64,000 bases of DNA from Eledone cirrhosa (lineage: Eukaryota): positions 37,200,001-37,264,000 of the forward strand of contig OZ024759.1 in assembly GCA_964016885.1 (NCBI GenBank), given 5' to 3'. Positions 18,352 to 33,526 of this stretch are shown here, one piece after another (the stretch's first letter is position 1; the number at the start of each line of letters is the position of its first letter). A program made the position numbers and the translations under genes. Below the pieces are notes generated by a model, which searched no databases, was not told where the DNA came from, and saw only the letters and a program-made list of their open reading frames with translations.

Positions 18352-18831
18352 ACTGCTTTAAACAGACGGGGTGGTCATGGCCGGAAAACCTGTCATCGTG
18401 GACCTGCTTAATGGTGTCTGAGCTGACCAAGGGTTAAACAACGACAACAACAACAACAACTACCATATGAACATACATGTATTAGATAACACTAACTGTA
18501 CAGACAATCAACCATACACACATATATATATACATACACACATACACATAGATACACACATATATACATATATATATACATACACATATATATATATACA
18601 TACACATATATATATATATACATACACATATATATACATGCACATATATATATACATACACACATACACATACATACACATATATATATATATATATACA
18701 TACACATATATATACACATACACATACACACATATATATATACATACACATTAACACACCTACATTAACACACACACATTAACACACACACATTAACACA
18801 TGCTCTCACACGAGGGCACCCAATACGGTCA

Positions 18832-19085
<254 letters not shown>

Positions 19086-19184
19086 ACATTGAGAATTAGT
19101 GTGTGAGAGAGGGAGAGAGAGCGGAAGAGATGGATATATATATATAGAGAGAGAGAGGGAGAGAGAGATGGAGAGAGAGTAAGA

Positions 19185-19248
<64 letters not shown>

Positions 19249-20684
19249 TAGAGAGACACAGACAGAGAGAGAGACACACAAACAGAGAGAGAAAGTGTAA
19301 GAGAGAGACAGAGAGAGAGAGAAAGAGATAGTGAGGGAGAGAGACAGAGAGAGATGGCGGAGGTATTGGTAATACCCTAGATTAATCACATACGAATGAA
19401 AATTGCTTTGCAATAGCGGTAGCCATTGGTTTGGTGTTGAGCAAAACATCAAAAGCCGCCATTTGTAGAAGGACGCTAGAGAGAAATGACTCTCGAGGGA
19501 CACCTTCAAAAGATTGGTCTGTCATCAGCACACGCCTCATACTTTGCTAATACATGTGCCAATAGTTCTTGAAATGCCTTGACCTCAACGTACTGGCGGT
19601 GGTGGTAGTGGTGGTGGTGTGGTGGTGGTGGTCGTCGTCGTGTGGTGGTGTAGTGTCGTGTGGTGGTGGTGTGGTGCTGGTGTTGGTGGTTGTGGTGTAG
19701 TGTCGTGTGGTGGTGTGGTGTAGTGGTGGTGTAGTGTCGTGTGGTGGTGATGTAGTGGTGTAGTGGTGGTGGTGGTAGTATTATGACTGGTAATATATTT
19801 TAATAGCCACGATGTTGGCGCCGTTGTTAACATTATAGTTAGTTATTGTTGTTGTTGTTCTTATAGTTGTACTTGTTGTTATTGTTGTTGTAGTTATTGT
19901 TGTTGTTGTTGTTGTTGTCGTCCTACTTATAAATATTTCAGACATTACTGCTCTGTCATCGTCGTTGTTGTTGTTCCTGTTGTTATAGCTGTTGGTGTTC
20001 TTGTAGTAGTAGTAGGAGTAGTAGAAGCAATAGTAGTAGTAATAGTAGGAGTAGTAGAAGCAATAGTAGTAGTAATAGTAGTAGTAGCAGCAGCAGTAGC
20101 GGTAGTAGTAACAGTAGTGGTAGTAGTAGTGTTAACAGTACTAGTAGTAGTGGTAGTAGTATTTGTTGTTGTTCTCATTATTACTTTATAACTTCATAGC
20201 TGCCATCATATCGATCTGTTTCACAACCGGAAATGGCGATCGGGTGTTTGTGTGTATATGTTTGTGTCTACGTGTGTGTGTGTGTGTTTGTGTGTGTATA
20301 TGTTTCTGTCTACATGTATGTGTGTGTATGTACATGTATGTGTGTGTATCCATGTATGTGTGTGTATCCATGTATGTGTGTGTGTATGTACATGTATGTG
20401 TGTATGTACATGTATGTGTGTGTATGTACATGTATGTGTATGTATGTATGTGTGTGTATATCCATGTATGTGTGTATGTACATGTGTGTGTGTGTACATG
20501 TATGTATGTACATGTATGTGTGTGTATGTACATGTATGTGTATGTATATGTATGTGGTGATGTTATTGCTCCATTTCACTTGTGATATATCAAATCTATC
20601 TATGTGTGTCTGTATGTGTGTGTTGATATATGTATGTGTCTGTGTGTCAGTGTCTGTGTTTATATATGTCAGTGTGTGTGTCTG

Positions 20685-20717
<33 letters not shown>

Positions 20718-20720
20718 CTG

Positions 20721-20757
<37 letters not shown>

Positions 20758-20948
20758 CTGTATATATATATATATGTGTGTGTGTGTGTCTGTATATATA
20801 TATATGTGTGTGTGTCTGTATATATATATATATGTGTGTGTCTGTATATATATATATATATGTGTGTGTCTGTATATATATATATATATGTGTGTGTCTG
20901 TATATATATATATATATATATATGTGTCTGTATATATATATATATATG

Positions 20949-20989
<41 letters not shown>

Positions 20990-20992
20990 CTG

Positions 20993-21036
<44 letters not shown>

Positions 21037-21128
21037 CATATACACGCATGAGTTTGTCTATATATATATATATATATGTGTGTCTTTGTGCCTATATGTA
21101 TGTGTGTGTGTGTAAATATATATGTAAG

Positions 21129-21188
21129 GGCGGTGCCCCAGCATGGCCTCAGCCGGATGGCCGGAACAGGTAAAAGGGTAAAAGAATA
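21129..21188 (+). mobile_element. Probable SINE 3'-end fragment
   Basis: GC-rich island ggcggtgccccagcatggcctcagccggatggccggaacaggtaaaagggtaaaaga within (TG/TA)n, ending in a short tandem tail. Confidence 0.4.
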
Positions 21189-21415
21189 TATAGGTATATA
21201 TTTCTATGTATGTCTCTCTCTATATATATATGTATGTGTATACATATATGTATGTGTGTATATATATGTGTGTGTGTATATAAGTATGTGTGAGTATGTG
21301 TATGTATGTATATATGTATGTATGAGTATGTATATATGTATGTGTATGTATATATGTATGTGTAAGTATGTATATATGTATGTATGTATGTATGTGTATG
21401 TATGTGTGTGTGAGT

Positions 21416-21446
<31 letters not shown>

Positions 21447-21779
21447 TATGTGTATGTGTGAGTATGTATGTGTGAGTATGTATATATGTATGTGTGAGTA
21501 TGTATATATGTATGTGTGTATATGTATATATGTATGTGTGTATATGTATATATGTATGTGTGTATATGTATGTATATATGTATGTGTGTATATGTATATA
21601 TGTATGTATATATGTATATATATATATCGGGTGTGGGAGGGTGTACTGCTCCATTTCACATGTGATATATCAGTACTATATATTCTTGCATAATTTATAG
21701 ATCTATACTGAACTACCTCGCCTTGTCCTATTGCACCAGTCGTCAGACACTTTCATCTCAGACACCAGCACCACCAGCA

Positions 21780-22275
21780 TAAACATCACCATCACCATCC
21801 TTACCATCATTATCACCATCACCACCACCATCACCATTATCACCATCACCATCCTTACCATCATTATCACCATCACCACCACCATCACCATTATCACCAT
21901 CACCATCCTTACCATCATTATCACCATCACCATCCTTACCATCATTATCACCATCACCACCACCATCACCATTATCACCATCACCATCCTTACCATCATT
22001 ATCACCATCACCATCCTTACCATCATTATCACCATCACCATCCTTACCATCATTATCACCATCACCACCATCACCATCATCACCACCACCATTATCACCA
22101 TCACCATCCTTACCATCATTATCACCATCACCACCATCACCATCATCACCACCACCATTATCACCATCACCATCCTTACCATCATCTCCATCACCATCAT
22201 CATAAACATTACCATCATCAGCAGCACCACCATCATAAACATCACCAACACCAACACCAACATCATCATCATTAC
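21780..22275. repeat. (CAC/CAT)n-derived minisatellite
   Basis: Recurring atcaccatcaccatccttaccatcatt units. Confidence 0.9.
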
Positions 22276-22965
22276 CATTCTTGGCGCATATCTCCATCAC
22301 CTCCATTATCTTCATCGCCATTGCCATCACCTTCACTATTATCATTGTGTGTGTCTGTGTGTGTGTGTACCTCTGTGTGTGTGTGTGTGCCTCTGTGTGT
22401 GCCTCTGCCTCTGTGTGTGTGTGTGCCTCTGCCCCTGTGTGTGCGTGTGTGTGTGCGTGTGCGTGCCTCTGTGTGTGTGTGTGTGTGTGTACAAGCCGAA
22501 ACTGTTGCCTTATATGTGGTATAGTAGCCATCTTTATTAACAGAGTTCCTGTCCAGATGGATGAGATTGGAATTAGGTCGATAAATTATATTGGCGGGTC
22601 ACCGTGTCTGTTTTGATTGTCTGCTAGCCAGGGTTGTATCAGTTATACCAGTAATATATGTGGGTCAATCTTATTGACGTACTTACCAAGTCTCCAAGGA
22701 ACAAATTTATAGATTTGTTGCCATCGAAATAATCATAATATTATATATCGTTCTGCTACAGACACTCCCATCGAACTAAACCACACACACACACACACGC
22801 ACATGCACACATACATACATACATACATACATACATAGATAGATAGATAGATAGATAGATAGAGAGAGAGGGGTATAGTGACAGATATATATATATATAG
22901 AGAGAGAGAGGGGGGATAGTGACAGATATATATATATATATATACATTGATATATATATATATAC

Positions 22966-22996
<31 letters not shown>

Positions 22997-23424
22997 TATA
23001 TGTATATTCATATTTGTGGAAGTATGTTCACTTCTCAATAATAATAATGATAATGGAAATGATGATGATTTCTTTTATATAGTCAGTGAGGGCGAATAAC
23101 AACAGCAATAACAACAACAGTAATGACAACAACAGCAATAACAACAACAGCAACAACAGCAATGACAATAACAGCAATGACAACAACAGTAATGACAACA
23201 ACAGCAATGACAACAATAACATTAATACTAATAACAATGTTAGTAAAAATAACTGCATCAATAACAACGGCTATGAAATTAATATGGCCGCTGTTTCATG
23301 TCCACGCTGGGTAAACACACGCACACGCACACGCACACGCACACGCACACGCACACGCACACGCACACGCACACGCACACGCACACACACACACACACAC
23401 ACACATACACATACACATACACAT

Positions 23425-23457
<33 letters not shown>

Positions 23458-23936
23458 CCTATATGATATATTTAAAGGTTTGTGTGTGAATGTGCTCTGC
23501 GTGTGTTTTTCTATCTGAATACATGTGTGTGTGAATGTGTATATATATATATATGTAATTTTATATATATATATATATGTGTGTGTGTAATTTTATATAT
23601 ATATATATATACATATGTATGTATGTATTTATATATGTATTTATATGTATATGTATGTATTTATATATGTATTTATATGTATATATATGTATTTATATAT
23701 GTATTTATATGTATATATATGTATTTATATATGTATTTATATGTATATGTATGTATTTATATATGTATTTATATGTATATGTATGTATTTATATATGTAT
23801 TTATATGTATATGTATGTATTTATATGTATGTATGTATAATGGTGTCGATCGCTCGTGTAGATGCAAACAAACAGAACAAAAAAGACAATAAAACAATTA
23901 GACCATCCTATAACTATCAATTATGTAGAAATAATA

Positions 23937-24095
23937 CACCGCCACCTCCACCACCTTCTCTACTGTGAGGTACCAGCACCGCCACCTCCACCATCTTCTC
24001 TACTGTGAGGTACCAGCACCGCCACCTCCACCACCTTCCCTACTGTGAGGTACCAGCACCGCCACCTCCACCTCCATCACCTTCCCTACTGAGAG
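23937..24095. repeat. 40-bp minisatellite, about 3.5-4 copies
   Basis: caccgccacctccaccaccttctctactgtgaggtaccag repeated. Confidence 0.9.
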
Positions 24096-24486
24096 GGATC
24101 CCTACCCACACTACTGTTGCTAGTACAACACCACCACCCCTACCACTATCACCACCGCATCCATCGCCACCAACACCACCACCCCTACCACTATCACCAC
24201 CGCATCCATCGCCGCCACCACCACCACCACAACTACCACAACCACCACCACCTCTACCAACACCACCATCACCACAAACACCACCTCAAACACCACCACC
24301 ACCCCCACCGCCACCACTATTGTGTTACTAATGCCAACTAATTGATTGTACTGTTCAATGTCTAGATGTATTCGATGCATGACAAGTTGAAAGTGTTGCA
24401 CCGTCCAGCTAACACTGGCTACGCTTCATCGATCTCCATCTAGATCTTTTCTATACAGACACACACACCTGTACACACACACACAC

Positions 24487-24602
<116 letters not shown>

Positions 24603-24841
24603 GTATGTATTAGTTGGATATTCTTTAATAAAATATACACGTGTAGTTTCCATCTTTTTCATTCTTCCCATCTTCTCTGTGTGTTCCGTTCCTCACATTC
24701 CTCCGTCTATTCTCCGAAGAAAGATAGTTTCCGAGACGGACGTCAAAATAGCTTTTTCTGGACGTCAAACCAATAACTTCGATTTTCATACCTTTCTGCC
24801 CTCTTGTTGTTTTTATTCGTTTGTTTTGCTCCCCACTGTTT

Positions 24842-24900
<59 letters not shown>

Positions 24901-25669
24901 GAGAGAGAGAGAGAGACTAGCAACTGGTACAATAACTCTGGTCACCTGCCGTCGAAATAGATGTACATAGTTTTGACCCTACTGACAGTACTATTGGTCC
25001 CTCTGGGGTCACAGAGTCTACCCCTGCCGACAGTCCTGCTGAGAAAGTCACGGCCGTTTATTTGTGCCCCCAGCTGGACTTTTTAGTTTTAGGATGGTTA
25101 GAATTTTTTAATTTAATACCTGAATATATAACTTTTCAATTCCAATTACTCGCGTGAAGCTAACTTTATGTAAAATAGGGGAGATGGACTTTGCTGCGTA
25201 TTCTAATGTTTTTATCAGCAACCGAAACAAATACGAAGTACACCAAATCCAATGCTCCTAGGGGCGGCCATGGTTCTTCTTATTTGCGAGTGTAAACTCG
25301 GCCAGATTAGATTAGGGGCCTCCTAAGGTCTGTCTCTACCCTGTTTATATGTATACTCAGGCTGGCCGAAATAACACCACAGTTCACTACAGATCTATTC
25401 TGTTCTGGTGGTAGAGGTGAAGGATGTAATTTATCAATATTCGGAAGTTCACCACCGCCCCACAAAAGGAACGCTAAAGTCAAACCTAGACCTAGCTGTT
25501 TCTATATTTAAATAATCTATTGTGGCAGGAACTGTAATTTATATTGTTTAGAAATATAACTTAATTCTATTCCCATATAGAGTGCTCAATATATTCGCCT
25601 GTATACGGTTCGTTGAGCATCTTATATAATGATCTGTTAGACATGGAAGATATACGGTATATGTAAGAG

Positions 25670-25749
<80 letters not shown>

Positions 25750-25903
25750 AATATATGTATATATATGAATATATGTGTACACACATATATATATACATTG
25801 GCGTGTCTGTGTGTGTGTCTGTGTGTGTGTGTGAAACTATTTAGCTATCTATATGTGCAAGCACATTTATTTGCCGTCCTATGCTTTTAGCAGATCTCAT
25901 AGC

Positions 25904-25940
<37 letters not shown>

Positions 25941-26339
25941 CCCCCACACACACACACACATACAAACACACTAACACATACATCCCATACACATATAACC
26001 ACACACGCCCAGACACACAAACGTACATCGAAGCTCACAACAGTGATACGCCAGCATAATTATTTTCTCCTTAGCTGCCGTAGATTTCTATCAGCCATGT
26101 TTGTTTTCTGTCAGTGTTTGCCAACCCTCATAGTTAATAGGGGGATATCGAGAGGCTGTGGTATAATTTACTTCATAACATTGCATGGATATCTCAGCTG
26201 TGAGATAACTACATTATTTAGGCCGGTACAGACTCGCACGTTTGTACCGATAGGTAGATAGAGGGGTGCATGGATGGATAGATAAACATATATATATATA
26301 TATAGAGAGAGAGAGATAGATATAGATAGATAGATAAAC

Positions 26340-26374
<35 letters not shown>

Positions 26375-26580
26375 TATAGATATAGATAGATAGATAGATA
26401 AACATATATATATATAGAGAGAGAGAGATAGATAGATATAGATAGATAAACATATATATATATAGAGAGAGAGAGAGATAGATATAGATAGATAGATAAA
26501 CGTATATATATATATATAGAGAGAGATATAGATAGATAGATAGATAAACATATATATATATAGAGAGAGAGATATAGATA

Positions 26581-26963
26581 TATTTCTTTATTAGCCACAG
26601 GGGCACAAAAGAAGGGGACAAATACAAAGGGGGAAGTTTACATACAATAAAAACGTGTAAAATGTTATCACAGATGGAATTTAAAAGTTAGTCGATTTTC
26701 CCCAATAGAGGGAGACAGTTTATATGGGTAACACAGACCCCCGAAAAAAATGTGCAACCCTCATCTCCAGGAGTACGAAGAGCTTGTACTCCTTTCCTCT
26801 CCTCCTCCTTTTCCTCAACCTACAGGCTGATATAGAGAGAAGGCCCATTCACTCGGGCCATTCTCGCCACTTTCACCCACCTTTCATAAAACTTGCTGGG
26901 GTACAGCACCTCTCTCTCCATCCTGATTCTTCTTCCAAAGTGGTATTTGAAAAAAAGAATCAA
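26581..26963 (-). mobile_element. 3' fragment of an L1/Tx1-like LINE (ORF2 C-terminus plus 3' UTR)
   Basis: Minus-strand protein-like peptide LILFFKYHFGRRIRMEREVLYPSKFYERWVKVARMARVNGPSLYISL* ends at 26820. A ~230-nt UTR follows, ending in AATAAA (26587-26592), then a microsatellite tail. Both ends sit in the same GATA/TA/GA microsatellite. Family assigned by resemblance only. Confidence 0.55.
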
Positions 26964-28275
26964 TAGATAGATAGATAAACATATATATATATATATAGAG
27001 AGAGAGAGATAGATATCTTTATATATATATAGAGAGAGATAAAGAGGAGAGAGAGAGATACATAGATCAATCGAGAACCTACATTCACGCATGCGTGCAT
27101 ACACATACATATATGTATTCGTACATACATACATACATACATACATACATACATACATTCATATATATATACATATACATACATACATTCATATATATAT
27201 ACATATACATACATACATTCATATATATATACATATATATACATACATATATATACATACATTCATATATATATATATATATACAAATATATATATATAT
27301 ACATACATACAGAAACACACATAGAATGACAAACGTATACAGTGGCACCTATATAAGTTGGTTGCTCCACCGATTTCGACGATGTTCGAATGCTCTACTC
27401 ATTATATTAACAAATACACGACTAAGTGTTCCACAGACACGTGTACCGTTATGTAATCTACAGAGAGAAGCCATAAGAGATAATATAAGGTGGACGTTTG
27501 TATTACAGGTACAACCACATTTGACCGGCATCCATTAAGTCTCTGTCTACACAATTCACAATTTCTCTCCCAAGCTTATAGGATTATCTATGTTAAAGAT
27601 ATTTCCCGAGATGCCATCATGTAGTAGAACCGAACCCAGGGACGCCATGGTTACTAAACCAGTGTCTTAACTGCTAGCAATATATCTACCCAGGGACGCC
27701 ATCAGTGCTAAGAGAACGTCTTAACCACCAACAAACGGATTTTTATTTCGCGTTATTCTCAATTAAACATACATCTGCTCTCCAGACCAAGAAAACATAA
27801 GTGGTGGTGCTACTACTACTGCTGCTGTTGCTGCTGCTGTTGCTGCTGCTACTACTGCTGCTACTACTACTGCTACTACTACTACTGCTACTACTACTAC
27901 TGCTGCTGCTACTACTACTACTACTACTACTAAATACATCAATTCTATTACTACTACTACTACTATCACCATTTCAATTCTACATAAAACCATGTCATAC
28001 CACTACCACCAGCACCACCACTACCACCAGCACCACCACTACCACCAGCACCACCACTACCACCAGCACCACCACTACCACCAGCACCACCACTACCACC
28101 ACCAGCACCACTACACCACCACCAGCATCACCACTACTATAACAACACCACTCCCACACCACAACTACCACTATCACCACCACCACCACCACCACTACCA
28201 CCAACACCCCCGCCACTACCACCACCACCACCACCACCACTACCACCACCACCACCACTACCACCAACACCCCCG

Positions 28276-28306
<31 letters not shown>

Positions 28307-28579
28307 TTATATTATTGTCCGGGGGATATTTCCATCTATTTACAAATGCCTCTCACGGAGTCAATTGACATTGTAAAAATCCACTAAACAGCTCACACCC
28401 CCACACACCCGGGGGCCCCACTACCTGCCCCATTACATCACCACTACCAACAACTCCCCCACTACCATCACCAATACCATCACCAATACCATCACCACAA
28501 CCACCACCATGTGTGTGTGTGTGTGTGTATGTTATATTCCGTTTTTCGTATCATGCATATTCATGTATGTGTGTGTGTC

Positions 28580-28613
<34 letters not shown>

Positions 28614-28727
28614 CGTAAATGTGTGTACCAGTGTTTGTATGTGTGTGTATGTCCTCGGCATATGCCCAGAAGTGTTTCGCACTAAATATTGCTTGTTAAT
28701 AACTCTACATGCTTAAATTTAATCTGC

Positions 28728-28763
<36 letters not shown>

Positions 28764-28906
28764 TACAGATACACACACATATACACACTAATTCATACAT
28801 ACACACACAAACACATAAACACACACAACTTATTTCACTATGTAACTATTTATCTGTCTATATTTACACAATTCATATATTATATATGCATATATATATA
28901 TATATA

Positions 28907-28940
<34 letters not shown>

Positions 28941-29209
28941 TATATATATATGCATATATATATATATATATATGCATATATATATATATGCATATATATA
29001 TATATATATGCATATATATATATATATGCATATATATATATATGCATATATATATATATATATATATATATGCATATATATATATATGTATACGTGGGGA
29101 AGTAAGAAATCGGAGAATAGACCGTTAAAACATGTTTATTTAATATATATATATATATATATATGCATATATATATATATATATATGTGCATATATATAT
29201 ATATATATA

Positions 29210-29263
<54 letters not shown>

Positions 29264-29291
29264 TATATATATGCATATATATATATATATA

Positions 29292-29333
<42 letters not shown>

Positions 29334-29357
29334 TAAAAAAATAATGAATAATTTATC

Positions 29358-29417
<60 letters not shown>

Positions 29418-29629
29418 TATATATATATATATATATATGCATATATATATATATATATGCATATATATGCATATATATATATATATATGCATATATATAT
29501 ATATATGCATATATATATATATATATGCATATATATATATATATATATGCATATATATATATATATATATGCATATATATATATATGCATATATATATAT
29601 ATATATATGCATATATATATATATATATA

Positions 29630-29667
<38 letters not shown>

Positions 29668-29715
29668 TATATATATATATATATATATATATGCATATTT
29701 ATATATATATATATA

Positions 29716-29751
<36 letters not shown>

Positions 29752-30048
29752 TATATATATATATATGCATATATATATATGCATATATATATATATATAT
29801 GCATATATATATATATATGCATATATATATATATATTAAATAAACATGTTTTAACGGTCTATTCTCCGATTTCTTACTTCCCCACGTACACATATATATG
29901 TGTGCACATATATATATATGCATATATATATATATGCATATATATATGCATATATATATATATATATATATGCATATATATATATGCATATATCTATATA
30001 TATATATATATATATAGATAGACAGACAGGTTTAGACATATATATATC

Positions 30049-30114
<66 letters not shown>

Positions 30115-30573
30115 TAAACCTGTCTGTCTATCTGTTAAATTATCAATCTATCTAAGAAAGATATCTTACTATCTCTGTAGTTGTCTATATACCTGGCTAA
30201 ATATTGATCTATTTATCTACCTAGCTATCTCTCTTTCTGCCCACCTTACTACCCACCTATCTATATACCTACCTACCTAATTACTTGCCTTTCTAACTAC
30301 CCACATACCTACCTATCTCTCTATTTGCCTACTGACCTACCTACCTACCCACCTATCTACATACATACCTACACATCTATCTCTCTACCTACCTACCCAC
30401 CTACCCACCCACCTACCCACCTACCCACCCACCAACCCACCCACCAACCAACCCACTAACACTATCTACCGGACAGTCAGTCACTCTAATCACATATAAA
30501 GCCTTTTATTATTGTCACAATATTTCTCATCACTTCACATCTCTGTATAACACTTTAAAATAATCCTCCATTG

Positions 30574-30686
<113 letters not shown>

Positions 30687-31430
30687 TCTTCATTTTATCC
30701 CACAACTCGGGCTACTCTTTATATACACCTCACACTCACAACTTCCATCATCTCAAAACCCTTCGTCCTCTCTTCTTCTTGTTTGTCTATATAATTACCT
30801 AATACCCACTCATTAAACGATCACATTCAAATGATTAACACCAATCCTTGCCAATGAAGTTCTCTATTTGCCGTAAACATCATGGCCGCCATCGTCTAGT
30901 GAAGAGAAGAGAAGAAAAAATATAGAAAGGAAGAAAATTGATCTACCAATAAAGCTTATAATGGCTGCCGCCTGTTATTGGATTTATATGGCGCCTGCGC
31001 ATTCTTACGTAATGTTTATAATGTATGTGTATACCATATACATGTATGTATATATATATATATATATATATATACATACATACATAGAAGTACGAATATA
31101 TACCATATATAAGATGGTATGAATATATGTGTATATATATATAATGTGTGTATATATATATATACATATACACACCATATGTCTAATGTAATATACAGTC
31201 TATAATTTCTAAACCATTTCGAAAATAATCAGGAATTTAGTAATATAACCTTCTCATTATAAAGTTTATTTTTACATAGAATTTCGATAGAAAGTCTTTA
31301 GATATAAACACTTTAAAACAAACCTCGTTTTATCGTGGAACCAGGGGAAGTTTTAGGTGGTTTGGTACTAAAGGGGTTAAACCAAGAACTCGGAGATACT
31401 ATTATTTGAATTATCTTACGTTTGTATAAA

Positions 31431-31511
<81 letters not shown>

Positions 31512-31577
31512 AACACATTATCACAAAATTGCCACGGAGTGAAGCTTAAGCTTCAAATAAATGAATGTATGCATATA

Positions 31578-31611
<34 letters not shown>

Positions 31612-31667
31612 CGTGTGTGTGTGAATACATACATATTTCCATATGCCAGTCGCCAGATTGGACCAAG

Positions 31668-31732
31668 GAAACAATGTTTCCATTGGTCTTTCCCCATTGC
31701 TGATAATATCTGCCGATTGCAACTCCTCTGTA
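31668..31732. repeat. Short interspersed repeat, second copy at 46559-46630
   Basis: ggaccaaggaaacaatgtttccattggtctttccccattgctgataatatct vs ggacctaggaaacaatgtttccattggtttttccagttgctaatactatct. Both contain the hairpin ggaaaca-a-tgtttcc. Confidence 0.6.
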
Positions 31733-31802
31733 TATACACATTCTTGTGTATATAATGTATATAATATATATATATGCATGTATGTGTATTTGTGTGTGTG
31801 TG

Positions 31803-31867
<65 letters not shown>

Positions 31868-33483
31868 ATGTTAGTGTGCGTGTGTATAAAGTGTGCCGTT
31901 GTTTGGCCACAGTGCAGGCCACGTGGCAAACGTAATGAAGATTGCTTTCTATGGACATTACCCGGGACGAAAGTGACGGAACACAGAAGGGGCCACTCAA
32001 ATGGGGTGGTGTAGAGGTAGGGGGGAGACTATGTAGTCGGGGCTCGGGTGGGGCTGACGAAGGTTGATCTAACTCCATCTCCCACCACACTGTCCACACC
32101 GCCTCTCCCACTGCCGTACCACTAACCGCCTGTCGAAGCCGGACACCTAGAAACCTCTCCACGATGGTGTTGCTGGTATTGTTGTTGTTGGTGTTGGTGT
32201 TGGTGGTGTAGGTGTCGCTGGTGTTGTTGTTATTGGTGTTGGTGGTGTAGGTGTCGCTGGTGTTGTTGTTGTTGGTGTTGGTGGTGTAGGTGTAGGTGTC
32301 GCTGGTGTTGTTTTTACTGTTGGCGGCGGTGGTGGTGGTGATATTGATAGTGGTGGTGGTGGTGATGGTGGGTGGTTTCTCCATCTGTCTTGTAGAGCTT
32401 ACAACGTAATGGATGTGTAGTGTGTGTGTGTGTGTGTGTGTGTCTGTGTGTGTCTGTGTGTGTCTGTGTGTGTGTGTGTGTGTGTAAATTATAGAAATAA
32501 CTATTTACTGGGACAAATGTAGGATTAGAACCGAGGACCCTGTGAGAGGAGACAAACCTCTTATTGTAGCAACATGGCGGATATAGAGAATGTATTGTCT
32601 GTGTATGTATGTGTGTGTATATATATGTGTGTGTATGTGTGCGTCTGCGTATGTAAGTGTGTGTGTGTGTGTATATATATGTGTGTGTGTGTGTGTATAT
32701 ATATGTGTGTGTGTGTGTGCGTCTGCGTATGTATGTGTGTGTGTGTATATGTGTGTGTGTGTACAAATGTTAAAGAGATACAGACGGTGATAAATATATA
32801 AAGATAGAAAGACGTGTGGTATTGTTAAAGTTGATTATATTTGGTAAAGGTTATATCATTTGTAATGTAGACGACACCCTGGCGTGGAGAAATCCCCGGG
32901 ACAGCCGACACCACCACCACCCCATGTAGGGGCGGGGCACACACACATATACACTCACACATAGACACAGACGCACACACACACACATACACAAAGACAC
33001 AGACGCACATACACTCAAACACACATAGACACACAGACACACATATACACAAAGACACAGACACACGTACAGAGAGTCACATACATACACACAGACATAG
33101 AGATACAGATACACGCACACACACATATACAAACACGCACACACATATATAAACAGAAGCTCATATACACAGACAGACACATACACAGACCCGCATATGC
33201 ATAGATACATACATACATAAATATATATATATATATATATACATACACATATATACATACATAGATTCCTTTCCGTTCAAAAGTTTCTATAAGAACCATC
33301 AAAGAACTACACACACACACACACACACACACAAATATGTGTATATATGTGTGTGTGTGTGTGTGTGTGATAGAGAGAAAGGAGGGGTGGCAGTCTGTAA
33401 GTATGCATATATATATATAGATAGATAGATAGATATACATAGATATATATATATAAATACGCATGTGTGGGCATATGTGAGTG

Positions 33484-33526
<43 letters not shown>

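Noticed and set aside
20566-21670. Duplicated tgctccatttcac(t/a)tgtgatatatca at ~20567 and ~21647
   Set aside because: Most simply a small local duplication within a microsatellite tract, with no further structure.
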